DNA of 64,000 nt, from the NCBI GenBank assembly GCA_040756235.1, contig JBFLZG010000008.1:16695-80694 (forward strand), given 5' to 3'. This DNA comes from a bacterium (GTDB taxonomy: Bacteria > Desulfobacterota > DSWW01). Below the pieces are notes generated by a model. The model made no database searches, was not told the origin of the DNA, and saw only the letters and a list, made by a program, of their open reading frames with translations. How positions within the stretch are numbered: position 1 is the stretch's first letter; the number at the start of each line of letters is the position of its first letter. Positions 1 through 8,705 of the stretch are shown piece by piece. The position numbers were made by a program, and so were the translations under genes.

Positions 1-799
1 CGACGACCGCCGAGACGCGCACCACGGCGTTGCCGCTGCCGGCGACCTTCTCCAGCATGCGGGTCACGCTCTGCTCGAGGCTCTTCTCGATGGCCTCCCG
101 GTATTCGACCTGGTTGGACGAGAGCACGCCCTCCTCCCCGGTTTCCGTGGAACCGGTCAGGAGCCTGCCCTCGGTGTCGACCACCGACACGTTCTCCGGC
201 ACGAGCCCGTCCACGCTGCCGCTGACCAGATGCACGATCCCCTTCACCTGGGTCGGCTCCAGCCGGAGCGCGCCGCGCAGGCTGAGGACCACCGAGGCCT
301 TGGGGGTGTAGGCATCGGCCACCGCGAAGGCGGAGCGCTCCGGCAGGACCAGGTGGACGCGCGCCCGCTCGATCTCCTTGATGCTCATGATCGTGCGGGC
401 GAGCTCTCCCTCGAGCGCCCTGCGATAGTTGATGCCCTGCACGTAGCGGGAGGAGCCCCAGCTCTCGTGGTCGAAAATCTCGAAGCCGACCACCCCGCCC
501 CGGGACAGCCCCTCGCCGGCCAGGCTCAGGCGCAGCTCGTAGATCTGGTCGTGGGGAACCTCGATGACCCGTCCTCCCGCAACCAGGCGATACGGGACCC
601 GCCGCTCCTGCAGGACGGCCACGACCTTCGCCGCATCCGCCTCCTCCAGGTTGGCGTACAGGACCCCGAAGTCGGGACGGCTCGCAAAGAAGCTGAACAG
701 CGCGACCCCTCCGGCCACGGACGCCAGCACGAAGAGGAGAATGATCTTCTTCTGCAGCGAAAGGGTCTTCAGACCCGTGAGGAGATCCAGGACTTGCAT
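1..799 (-). CDS. fliF: Flagellar M-ring protein FliF (5' part; runs off window edge)
   Basis: Manual minus-strand translation from ATG at 799 (not in ORF track): MQVLDLLTGLKTLSLQKKIILLFVLASVAGG...LYANLEEADAAKVV...GFEIFD...INYRRALEGELARTI...ARVHLVLPE; downstream of fliE. Confidence 0.95.
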   Translation of the reverse strand, partial: MQVLDLLTGLKTLSLQKKIILLFVLASVAGGVALFSFFASRPDFGVLYANLEEADAAKVVAVLQERRVPYRLVAGGRVIEVPHDQIYELRLSLAGEGLSRGGVVGFEIFDHESWGSSRYVQGINYRRALEGELARTIMSIKEIERARVHLVLPERSAFAVADAYTPKASVVLSLRGALRLEPTQVKGIVHLVSGSVDGLVPENVSVVDTEGRLLTGSTETGEEGVLSSNQVEYREAIEKSLEQSVTRMLEKVAGSGNAVVRVSAVV

Positions 800-850
800 C
801 CGCACACCTTCTGATCATGCAAACGCATTAAATGGTGATACAGCCTGTCA

Positions 851-947
851 CCCCTCACCTCGATCCTCTCCCCTCGAAGGGGAGAGGAAGGAACGCAGCC
901 GGGCTGTACCCTCGCCCCCGTGGGGGGAGAGGGCCAGGGTGAGGGGG
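851..947. repeat. Inverted pair of CCCCTCACC...CCTCTCCC-type REP-like palindromes
   Basis: cccctcacctcgatcctctcccctcgaaggggagagg and ccctcgcccccgtggggggagagggccagggtgagggg are roughly inverse copies, each with an internal hairpin; fliE-fliF intergenic. Confidence 0.75.
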
Positions 948-994
948 ATCGAAGCGCGAGATGGAATTCGTTCACGCGTCGGCATCCGTAACAG

Positions 995-1288
995 TTACAC
1001 CTGCATTTTGATGATTTCTTCATAGGCCTTCACGATCCGATTGCGGGCCTCCACCATCAGGCGGAACGACACGTCCGCCTTCTCCATGGCGATCATCGCC
1101 TGGTGGACGTTGTCGATCTTGCCCGAGGCGATCTCGCTGGCCGCCTGGTCCGCGGCCTTCTGCAGCCCGTCCACGCCCGCGATGCACTCTTTCAGGTAAT
1201 CCTGGAACCCGCCCTCGGAGCGGCCGCGCTTCGCTTCCGGCAGCTCCAGGGTGACCTTCCCCTGTCCGACTTCGGCGATTCCGGACAT
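995..1288 (-). CDS. fliE: Flagellar hook-basal body protein FliE
   Basis: 97 aa; HQAMIAMEKADVSFRLMVEARNRIVKAYEEIIKMQV C-terminus; between flgC and fliF. Confidence 0.96.
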   Translation of the reverse strand: MSGIAEVGQGKVTLELPEAKRGRSEGGFQDYLKECIAGVDGLQKAADQAASEIASGKIDNVHQAMIAMEKADVSFRLMVEARNRIVKAYEEIIKMQV

Positions 1289-1293
1289 GACGC

Positions 1294-1719
1294 CTACCTC
1301 CCGATTTCCAGAGCCCTCTTGAGCATCTCCTTGGAGGCGTTGAAGCTCATCACATTGGCCTCGTAGCAGCGCACCGCGTCCATCATGTGCACGACCTCTT
1401 CGAACGGTTCCACGTTCGGGAACTCCACGAACCCCTTTTCATCCGCGTCCGGATGGCTCGGCATGTAGAGGCGCTTCAGGGGGCGGGGGTCCTCCACCAC
1501 TCCGACCGCGGCCACCTTCCGCACCTCCCGGCTCGAGCGCAGCGCCTCGGAGCCGTCCCGCTCCAGCGGCACGGCGGCGAACAGGACGTCCTGGCGCCGG
1601 TACGTCTCGCCCGCAGCGCTGCGCGTGGAGTTCGCGTTGGCCAGGTTGGAGGCGATGACGCGCAGCCGCCGCTGCTCGGCCTCCATTCCGGAAACGCTGA
1701 TGGCAAATCCGTCGAACAT
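1294..1719 (-). CDS. flgC: Flagellar basal-body rod protein FlgC
   Basis: ISVSGMEAEQRRLRVIASNLANANSTR...YMPSHPDADEKGFVEFPNV...YEANV; start reassigned to ATG 1719. Confidence 0.96.
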   Translation of the reverse strand: MFDGFAISVSGMEAEQRRLRVIASNLANANSTRSAAGETYRRQDVLFAAVPLERDGSEALRSSREVRKVAAVGVVEDPRPLKRLYMPSHPDADEKGFVEFPNVEPFEEVVHMMDAVRCYEANVMSFNASKEMLKRALEIGR

Positions 1720-1727
1720 GCCCACTT

Positions 1728-2126
1728 TCACCCTCCTTGTATGGCGCGTTTGAGGGTCTGCAGCTTGTAGCCGACCGCTCTCAGGAGCGCCTGGTAGAGG
1801 TAGCCGTTTTCCACGAGGTGAGCGGCCTCCTCGGACAGACTGACCGTGTTCCCGTCCGCCCGCACCTCGGATTTCTTGACCACCACGTCCGGCTCGCCCC
1901 CTGCAGTCGCGGCCGGCAGGTGGGCGGAGTGCCTTCGCTCCAGACCGACCTCGCCCTGCCCGCTCCGGGCCCGGTCGAGGAGACTGCCGAAATCGAGGTC
2001 CCGGGCGCGATAGCCCGGCGTGTCCCGGTTGGCCAGGTTCGAGCTGATGAGCTTCTGCCGGGTGACGCTCCAGTCCAGTGCCTGAATGATGCGGTCGATC
2101 GGCTTGCCCAAGAGACTGTCCGCCAT
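1728..2126 (-). CDS. flgB: Flagellar basal-body rod protein FlgB
   Basis: RQKLISSNLANRDTPGYRARDLDF and DGNTV motifs; start MADSLL at 2126 after AAGGGG. Confidence 0.95.
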   Translation of the reverse strand: MADSLLGKPIDRIIQALDWSVTRQKLISSNLANRDTPGYRARDLDFGSLLDRARSGQGEVGLERRHSAHLPAATAGGEPDVVVKKSEVRADGNTVSLSEEAAHLVENGYLYQALLRAVGYKLQTLKRAIQGG

Positions 2127-2160
2127 CGGATCCCCTTTCCTCAGCCACGGAGGCATCCAA

Positions 2161-2174
2161 GCAATCTTCGTACC
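2161..2174 (-). promoter_or_regulatory. Sigma-54 -24/-12 promoter of flgB operon
   Basis: Minus strand GGTACGAAGATTGC = GG-N10-GC with TTGC, about 35 bp upstream of flgB; adjacent to a sigma-54 activator gene. Confidence 0.8.
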
Positions 2175-2223
2175 CGCTCGAGTGCCTCGGAACGCCCCGC
2201 CCTGCGGCCGCGCGCGGCCTCCC

Positions 2224-3588
2224 TCACATGGAAAAACATGCCGACCCGGAAGAATTGTCCCGGATCGGGGGGCCGTACTCCTTGAGCTTGTTGCGCAAGG
2301 TCCGGACGCTGATGCCCAGGCGCCTAGCCGTCTGCGTGCGGTTGCCGCCGGCCTCCTTCAGCGTCTTGAGGATCAGGTCCTTCTCCATGGCGCGCAGCCC
2401 ATGGGCCGGCTGCGACAGAGCATCCGGCCGCTCTCTGGCGGCCAGCCGGTCCCCCAGCAGGAGGTCTTCGACCCCCAACTGCAGGGCGCGACAGAGCACC
2501 ACGGCCCGCTCGATGACGTTGCGCAGCTCCCGGACGTTGCCGCGCCACGGCCTCTCCTGGAGCGCCTTCATGGCGCCGGCCGAGACCGCCTTCGGAGGCA
2601 TTCCCAGACGCTGCGTCACCTCGCGGCTGAAGTGATCGACCAGGAGGGGGATGTCCTGCAGGCGTTCGCGCAGGGCCGGCAGGTGGAAGTGAATGACGTT
2701 CAGCCGGTAGTACAGGTCTTCCCGGAAGCGGCCGTCGGCGACCTCGCGCGCGAGATCGCGGTTGGTGGTCGCAAGGACCCGGAAGTCGACCGCAACCGGT
2801 TTCTCGCCACCGACCCTCTCCACCTCCTTTTCCTGAACGACGCGCAGGAGCTTTGCCTGCAGCGGGACGCGCATCTCCCCGATCTCGTCCAGCAGCAGGG
2901 TGCTGCGATCGGCCAGCTCGAACTTGCCGGTGCGCCGGTGGTCGGCGCCCGTGAAGGCGCCCTTTTCGTGCCCGAACAGCTCGCTCTCCAGGAGGGTCTC
3001 GGGAATCGAAGCGCAGTTCACGGTCACCAGCGGATGCGCGCGGCGCGGACTGTGCGCATGGATGTACCTCGCCAGCAGCTCCTTCCCCGTGCCGCTCTCG
3101 CCGGTGATCACGACGTTCACGTCGCTCGCCGCGACCCCTCGCGCCGTCTCCAGGATCTCGAGCATTCTTCCGTCCCCGGTGATCAAGCCCCCGTTTGCGC
3201 CGGCCTTCTCCTTGCCGGAGCAGGAGCCTCCATCGACCGCACGGATCTTGTCGATCAGCTCCTCCATCGTGAACGGCTTCAGCAGGTAATCCGACGCGCC
3301 CTCCTTGACCGCCTGCACCGCCTGCTCGACCGTGCCGAATGCGGTCATCAGCAGAAAGGAAAGCCAGGGAGCCCGCCTCCTTCCCTCGCGCAGCAGGTGG
3401 AGACCGTCCATCTCGGGCATGCGCACGTCGGTGATCACGAGCCGTATCCCGCCCCTGTCGATCCGCTCCAGGGCCTCCCTTCCGCTCGCCACCCCGAGCG
3501 CTTCGTAACCTTTCCGGTTGAGCACCTCCAGAATGGCTTCCCGCATCGCCGGTTCGTCATCGACAATCAGGATCGGCCGCGCATGCAT
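2224..3588 (-). CDS. Sigma-54-dependent response regulator, FleR/FlrC-like (REC-AAA+-HTH)
   Basis: ILIVDDE...ITDVRMP receiver; GESGTGKE Walker A; ESELFGHEKGAFTGA; WRGNVRELRN; Fis-type HTH. Confidence 0.95.
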   Translation of the reverse strand: MHARPILIVDDEPAMREAILEVLNRKGYEALGVASGREALERIDRGGIRLVITDVRMPEMDGLHLLREGRRRAPWLSFLLMTAFGTVEQAVQAVKEGASDYLLKPFTMEELIDKIRAVDGGSCSGKEKAGANGGLITGDGRMLEILETARGVAASDVNVVITGESGTGKELLARYIHAHSPRRAHPLVTVNCASIPETLLESELFGHEKGAFTGADHRRTGKFELADRSTLLLDEIGEMRVPLQAKLLRVVQEKEVERVGGEKPVAVDFRVLATTNRDLAREVADGRFREDLYYRLNVIHFHLPALRERLQDIPLLVDHFSREVTQRLGMPPKAVSAGAMKALQERPWRGNVRELRNVIERAVVLCRALQLGVEDLLLGDRLAARERPDALSQPAHGLRAMEKDLILKTLKEAGGNRTQTARRLGISVRTLRNKLKEYGPPIRDNSSGSACFSM

Positions 3589-3614
3589 GATGGTTCGTCT
3601 CCTTCTCCCTCCCA

Positions 3615-3806
3615 AAAGGCTGTCGATAAACGGCCATCTGCGGCGTTGCGCTCATCGGGCGTGGAGGTCCCGGGGCAGCCTGCCCCGGCGAAAGCCGGGG
3701 TCACTGCGGCGCACTGCCTGTACGCCTCGTTCCTCAGGATTTTGCGCGCCTTGCATCGGGCCATTTCTCACCAGCCTCTCAGGAGGGTGTCTTTGCGACA
3801 CCCTCT
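3615..3806 (+). mobile_element. MITE-like element, copy 1
   Basis: GGCTGTCGATAAACGGCCATCTGCGGCGTTGCGCTC...CCTTGCATCGGGCCATTTCTCACCAGCC plus hairpin GAGGGTGTC-TTTGC-GACACCCTC; similar to 9442-9627 and 26069-26256. Confidence 0.8.
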
Positions 3807-5019
3807 CAACGGGGAGCGACAAGATGAAGCAGGTTCCCTCTCCGAGCCGACTTTCGACCTCGATGATCCCTCCGTGACTCTCCACGATGTTGTGGACGAT
3901 CGCCAGGCCGAGCCCGGTCCCCCGCGTCTTGGTCGAGAAGAAGGGATCGAAGATGCGGTCCAGGTCCTCCTCCGGAATGCCGGTGCCGTCGTCCTGCACA
4001 CGGATGCGGACGCACGGGCGGCCCGGACCGAGGCGCGGCGGCACCGGCTCGCCTTCGACCCTCACCTGCAGCCGGCCGCCGGGCCGCATGGCCTCCAGGG
4101 CGTTCAGGAAGAGGTTGAGGAGCGCCTGCCGCAAAAGGACCCGGTCGCCCCAGAGGACGATGTTCTCCGCCTGCGCGGGCGGCGAGCGGCCCCACGCCAG
4201 TTCCGCCCCGATCTGCTTTTCTTCGAGCAGGGGGCGCGCAAAATCGAGCGCTTCTTCGATCAGCGCCTGCAAGTCGGTCCGTTCCCGGCGCAGGTGGGTG
4301 CCCTTGGCGAAATGAAGCAGATTGGAGAGCGTCTGACTCATCGTACGGACGCCGGTCGCCAGCCGGCGGCCGATCTTGTGGAGCTCGTCTCCTTCCTTCA
4401 GCCCCTCGAGCAGGACGGCGGCGCTCAGCTCCATGCTCCCCAGCGGATTGCGAATCTCGTGGGCGATGCGTGCAGCCATGTCCCCCATGGAGCTGAGCCT
4501 GCGCTGCCGGTCGGCCAGGCTCTTCCAGCGGATCACGTCGGAGATGTCTTCCAGCATGACCACCCAGCCCGATCCGTTTCCGACGGGCTGGTTCAAGCGC
4601 GAGACCGAGCACCGAAAGGTGGCCCTCCCGCGCTTGATCTCGAGCGAGGACCTTTCCCGCAGCGGGACGTCCGCAAGGAGCGGGACCTCGGAACAGCGGG
4701 ACTGCTCGAGCTCGCCGCAGGTCAGGCCGGTCATCTCTTCGGCCCTGCGGTTCGCCAGGCGCACCCGGCCGCTCGCGTCCGTGACGGCGATCCCGACCGG
4801 CAGGTGCTGGAGGATCCCCTCCAGAAACTCTTCGAGCCTTTCCTTTTCGTGCAGGGAAGCCGCCAGCTTCGCGTTCTTGTCGCGCAGCTCCCGCTTGAGC
4901 TCCTCGGTCTGGTCCTCGAGGTGCCGATAAGCGCTCTCCAGCTTGCCGGAGGCGGAAGTGAAGAGATCAAAAGCCTTCTTGAGCTCCAAGACCTCGATGC
5001 GGTCATCTGTCTCGAGCAT
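3652..5019 (-). CDS. PAS sensor histidine kinase, FleS/FlrB-like
   Basis: N-terminal coiled coil LKKAFDLFTSASGKLESAY; PAS; AHEIRNPL H-box; NLFLNALEAM; DDGTGI; FFSTK..GTGLGL; last ~50 aa come from the MITE-like element. Confidence 0.93.
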   Translation of the reverse strand: MLETDDRIEVLELKKAFDLFTSASGKLESAYRHLEDQTEELKRELRDKNAKLAASLHEKERLEEFLEGILQHLPVGIAVTDASGRVRLANRRAEEMTGLTCGELEQSRCSEVPLLADVPLRERSSLEIKRGRATFRCSVSRLNQPVGNGSGWVVMLEDISDVIRWKSLADRQRRLSSMGDMAARIAHEIRNPLGSMELSAAVLLEGLKEGDELHKIGRRLATGVRTMSQTLSNLLHFAKGTHLRRERTDLQALIEEALDFARPLLEEKQIGAELAWGRSPPAQAENIVLWGDRVLLRQALLNLFLNALEAMRPGGRLQVRVEGEPVPPRLGPGRPCVRIRVQDDGTGIPEEDLDRIFDPFFSTKTRGTGLGLAIVHNIVESHGGIIEVESRLGEGTCFILSLPVERVSQRHPPERLVRNGPMQGAQNPEERGVQAVRRSDPGFRRGRLPRDLHAR

Positions 5020-7000
5020 GTCCGCCCCGATGCAGTTGAATCAGGTCGTGGGCCGCCACGATCTCTCTGAGGAAGACGCTGTCTTCGCCGCGCTCAAGCT
5101 GCGCGAGGCGCTGGCGGGCCTCCTCGATGTTTCCCGCTCGCAGCAGGCAGAGCACCTCTGCCGGTTCGGGGCCCGCTGCGTTGGGGCCACCGGCTGGAGT
5201 CTCCGCTGCGCGCGCCTCCCGGAAATATTTCAACGCCTCTTCCAGCCGCCCCTGCTCGTACAGGAGCAGCGCCACCTGCCGCAGAGCCCGGTTTCGTTCG
5301 GCCGCGGGAATCGCCTCTCCCTTCAATCCGGCCAGCAAGTCCTCCGTTCCCCTCGCGGTCATCCCCAGAGACGCTTCCACGTCCCCCAGCCCGAGCAGCA
5401 AGAAGGCGTCTGCATCGTCGCGGGGGGCAGCGAGCCCCTCCGGCGGGACGCGGCCGGGATCGAGACCGAACAGCACGCAGCTCTCCAGCAGCCTTCCCCC
5501 GCTTTCGTAAAGCGCACGGTCGGCCGTGCGGAGCTTGTCCAGGAACGCCCGGGCCTCGTCGTAGCGTTCGCTCTCCCAGGCAAACCTGGCCGCCAGGAGA
5601 AGATCTTCCGGGCCGGCGGCAACCTGCGCGTAGATATCGAGCGCGGGCTGCGGCAGGCGCTGCTCCTGGCAGGCCCGCACCAGAAGGAGCTGCGTCTGGC
5701 GCGAGAGGGCCCGGCAGGCGTCCTTCCACTGGCCGGCCAGGAACAAGATCTCCCGGTATTCTCCCTTCCCGGCAAGATCCTGGACGCCCTGCTCGAGGGC
5801 TTGCCGGATCTCCGCCTCGACGTGGCGGCGCCATGCGTCCCGCAGGGCGAGCGCGCCGCAGCGGCCGGCCACCCGGAGCGATTCCGCCCAATCGCCCCCG
5901 CGCCGCTTCACCGTCATCAGGTAGCCGTAGGCCGCTCCTTTCCAGTAGTCATCGTCCGTTGCGGCCAGCAGTCTCTCCAGAGCGCCCAGGGCGCTCGCGG
6001 CGTCGTCCTGCCGCAGGTGGAGCTCGGCCATCGCCAGGAACCCCATGGGATCGCCTGCCTGCATCAGGCGCTCGTACCCGGAGGCGGCATCGGCACACCG
6101 GCCCAGCTCGAGGGAGCTGTCGGCACCCCCCAGGATTCCGAAGCTCCGCACCGCCGCCCAGCCGGAGACCGCGGCGACCTGGAAGACACTGCCCGCCTCT
6201 TTCGCCCGGTTCGAGACGAGCAGGCTGTACCCGGCAAAGGGCTCCACGCTGCCACACCGGCTCCAATCCGTCCCGTGCCGGAGGAACAGCTCTGCGGAGC
6301 GGCCGTAGTCACGCTCCAGGCCGGCCAGAATCGCTTCCAGCAGTCCGCTGGGCAGCTCCTCGTCGCCGTCTGCTACGGGTGGCAGGCGCCGGAACAGCGC
6401 CCTGGCTTCCTCCGTTCTGCCGGCCGCGAGGCGAACCTCGAGCTTTCCCATGGCGATGCGAGCCGGCAGAGGCGAGGAAGTCTCGACCAGCCGCTCCGCG
6501 AATTCGAGCTCGGCCAGCGCCTCGGGCAGCAGCCCGGACGCGAGGTAGCGCTCTGCGCGCGCACACACCTCTTGCCAGGATTTCTCGGAACCGGTCACGG
6601 AAGGCGCCCACGAAGCCTCCGGCGTGCGGCCTCCCTCCTTGTCTTGCTCCGGGTACGGCATCTCGACCGGGATCGCACGGCTTTCATCGCCCGCCTGCGC
6701 CGCCCCCTGCCCGGCCCCGGCGACATTTCTGAAGAGGTACGGCGTGAGCCGTCCTTCCAGGTACTCGCGGCGCCACAGCCCGGGAAGCGGGTCCAACCAC
6801 GTTATCGTCTCCAGCTTGCAGGTCTCCGGTGCCGGGACCGCAAGCCCGGTTCGGCTCTCCGGAGGCTCGGGAGCTACTGCCCGAGCCGGAACCAGAGCGA
6901 GCATCAACAGGGCGAGAAGGCCGAGCGACCGGGAACCGCCCTTCTCCCCGGGCGTGCGCACCCGCTCCTTCGATCGCCCCTGCGGCGGGCCCTTCAGCAT
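5003..7000 (-). CDS. Large TPR-like protein, probably exported
   Basis: Hydrophobic stretch LGLLALLMLALVPARA, then helical repeats (ALLLYEQGRLEEALKYFREA, ERYDEARAFL); overlaps the kinase start; start codon uncertain. Confidence 0.7.
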   Translation of the reverse strand: MLKGPPQGRSKERVRTPGEKGGSRSLGLLALLMLALVPARAVAPEPPESRTGLAVPAPETCKLETITWLDPLPGLWRREYLEGRLTPYLFRNVAGAGQGAAQAGDESRAIPVEMPYPEQDKEGGRTPEASWAPSVTGSEKSWQEVCARAERYLASGLLPEALAELEFAERLVETSSPLPARIAMGKLEVRLAAGRTEEARALFRRLPPVADGDEELPSGLLEAILAGLERDYGRSAELFLRHGTDWSRCGSVEPFAGYSLLVSNRAKEAGSVFQVAAVSGWAAVRSFGILGGADSSLELGRCADAASGYERLMQAGDPMGFLAMAELHLRQDDAASALGALERLLAATDDDYWKGAAYGYLMTVKRRGGDWAESLRVAGRCGALALRDAWRRHVEAEIRQALEQGVQDLAGKGEYREILFLAGQWKDACRALSRQTQLLLVRACQEQRLPQPALDIYAQVAAGPEDLLLAARFAWESERYDEARAFLDKLRTADRALYESGGRLLESCVLFGLDPGRVPPEGLAAPRDDADAFLLLGLGDVEASLGMTARGTEDLLAGLKGEAIPAAERNRALRQVALLLYEQGRLEEALKYFREARAAETPAGGPNAAGPEPAEVLCLLRAGNIEEARQRLAQLERGEDSVFLREIVAAHDLIQLHRGGHARDR

Positions 7001-7201
7001 GCTCCGTCTCCGGTTTTCGCCGTCCCGTGGTCGCGCATGGGACGGGCAGGATCCACCCAAGAATCGAGAGACACATCGTCGTGGGGCCCCGAGCGATGCA
7101 TAGGGGAATTCCTGATTTTTGGCTTCTCAAGTCCTGATTCTGCGGGCGGGGTCTTCGATACAGGCTGGCGTCGCACGACCGTTTCAGGGATGCAGGGACT
7201 G

Positions 7202-7410
7202 CATTCCGGCCGAGGAGCCGGTGTCCATTCCGTCATCCCGGCCCGGTTGCGGAGCGCGTGGGAGCCGGGATCCAGAACTCTGCCCCATGGACTGGGGGTA
7301 TGATCACGCGGATCAGGGACTGGACCCCGGCCTTCGCCGGGGTGACGGAAAAGAGAACCGCTTGCGCGGGAATGACGGCCGCACTGGATTCCGGCCTTCG
7401 CCGGGGTGAC
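7202..7410. repeat. Cluster of GTCAT(T/C)CCGGC..GCCGG(G/A)ATCCA-type REP-like palindromes
   Basis: gtcatcccggcccggttgcggagcgcgtgggagccgggatcca, ctggaccccggccttcgccggggtgac and ctggattccggccttcgccggggtgac. Confidence 0.85.
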
Positions 7411-7429
7411 GGAAATCGAAAGGACTCTT

Positions 7430-8083
7430 TCACGGGTCCAGGAAGGTCAGCTTTTCACGCAGCGCGTACCGCACCAGCTCGGCCAGGCTGGTGGCCTTGA
7501 GCTTGCGCATGATCTGCATCCTGTGGGTCTCCACCGTCTTGGCGCTCACGTGCAGGGTGGAGGCCACCTGCTTGGTGGACTTCCCTTCGGCCAGGAGCTG
7601 CAGCACTTCGCGCTCGCGATCGCTCAGGAGGGAGAAGGCCGACGACTTCGATTCCGACAACCGCCGGACATAATCCTTGGTCACGACGTCGGCGATCTCC
7701 GCAGACAGATAGACCTGGTTGCCGATGACCGTGCGGATGGCCCGTGCGAGCTCGTCGAAGGCGCAGCTCTTCTGCACGTAACCGGAAGCGCCCGCCAGGA
7801 GCATCTCCGCCACGACGCTCCTGTCCGAGTGGACCGACAGGGCCAGGACCTTGATATCCGGTTTGATCTTGCGGATCTGGCGGGTGGTCTCGATGCCGTT
7901 GAGCCCTCCCATGGCCACGTCCACGACGGCCACGTCCGGAGAGAGCTTCGACGCCAGCTCGATCGCCGTTCGGCCGTCCGCGGCCTCGCCGACGAGGACC
8001 AGGTTCGGCTCCGCCTCGATCAGACTCCGGAGGCCGTCCCGCAAGATGCCATGATCGTCAGCCACCAGGATCCGGATGTTCAT
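7430..8083 (-). CDS. NarL/LuxR-family response regulator
   Basis: IRILVADDH receiver; LSDREREVLQLLAEGKSTKQVASTLHVSAKTVETHR LuxR HTH. Confidence 0.95.
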   Translation of the reverse strand: MNIRILVADDHGILRDGLRSLIEAEPNLVLVGEAADGRTAIELASKLSPDVAVVDVAMGGLNGIETTRQIRKIKPDIKVLALSVHSDRSVVAEMLLAGASGYVQKSCAFDELARAIRTVIGNQVYLSAEIADVVTKDYVRRLSESKSSAFSLLSDREREVLQLLAEGKSTKQVASTLHVSAKTVETHRMQIMRKLKATSLAELVRYALREKLTFLDP

Positions 8084-8178
8084 GGCCGCGCCTTTCAAAC
8101 GATGAAGAATGAGACAATTCGGGCGGTGGTTTGGTCTTTTTACAGGATGTGCTTGAGGAAGTCCAGAACAAATTTATT

Positions 8179-8192
8179 GCAAGTACTCTGCC
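8179..8192 (-). promoter_or_regulatory. Sigma-54-like promoter upstream of NarL-type regulator
   Basis: Minus strand GGCAGAGTACTTGC(A) = GG-N10-GC. Confidence 0.6.
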
Positions 8193-8202
8193 TCCGCGCC
8201 GC

Positions 8203-8229
8203 TAAAGATTTTCGCAGCAGCGCCGAAAA
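8203..8229 (+). promoter_or_regulatory. Sigma-28 (FliA) promoter of cheY-cheZ
   Basis: TAAA-N15-GCCGAAAA versus consensus TAAA-N15-GCCGATAA. Confidence 0.75.
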
Positions 8230-8306
8230 CCTCTTCTGGATCCCGCGCGCCCGCGCGGGACCTCCGCCTCCACAGCCTGAGGGAGCACGACAGGGAGGAG
8301 CTTCGC

Positions 8307-8702
8307 ATGCCGGACCGCAACATGAAGATCCTCGTTGTGGACGACTTCTCCACCATGCGACGGATCGTGAAGAACGTTCTCAAGCAACTGGGCTACAACA
8401 ACATCGAAGAGGCCGAGAACGGCGAGCAGGCTTACAACCTCATGCAGGCCGGGGCTTTCGAGTTCGTCGTCTCCGACTGGAACATGCCGGTCATGGACGG
8501 CCTGCAGCTGCTGACCAAGGTACGGGCCCATCCGGGCCTCAAGGACATGCCTTTTCTGATGGTCACGGCCGAGTCCGAAAAGGAAAAAGTGATCGCCGCC
8601 GTCAAGGCGGGCGTCAACAACTACATCGTCAAACCCTTCACTTCCGAGACCATGCGCGAGAAGATGGACAAAATCTTCCAGAAGTTGGAAGCAAGGAGCT
8701 GA
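8307..8702 (+). CDS. cheY: Chemotaxis response regulator CheY
   Basis: [17 protein letters not shown]...[10 protein letters not shown]...MVTAE...YIVKPF; GGAGGAG RBS. Confidence 0.97.
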   Translation: MPDRNMKILVVDDFSTMRRIVKNVLKQLGYNNIEEAENGEQAYNLMQAGAFEFVVSDWNMPVMDGLQLLTKVRAHPGLKDMPFLMVTAESEKEKVIAAVKAGVNNYIVKPFTSETMREKMDKIFQKLEARS

Positions 8703-8705
8703 GAC

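Noticed and set aside
1294..2160. 288-aa ORF suggesting an extended or fused FlgC
   Set aside because: The upstream part overlaps flgB in another frame; FlgC motifs begin at ATG 1719
7098..7112. Possible sigma-54 promoter for the TPR gene (GGAATTCCCCTATGC)
   Set aside because: GG-to-GC spacing is 11, not 10
7202..7410. Repeat cluster as a mini CRISPR array
   Set aside because: Units are in mixed orientation, unequal and palindromic REP-type; no cas genes
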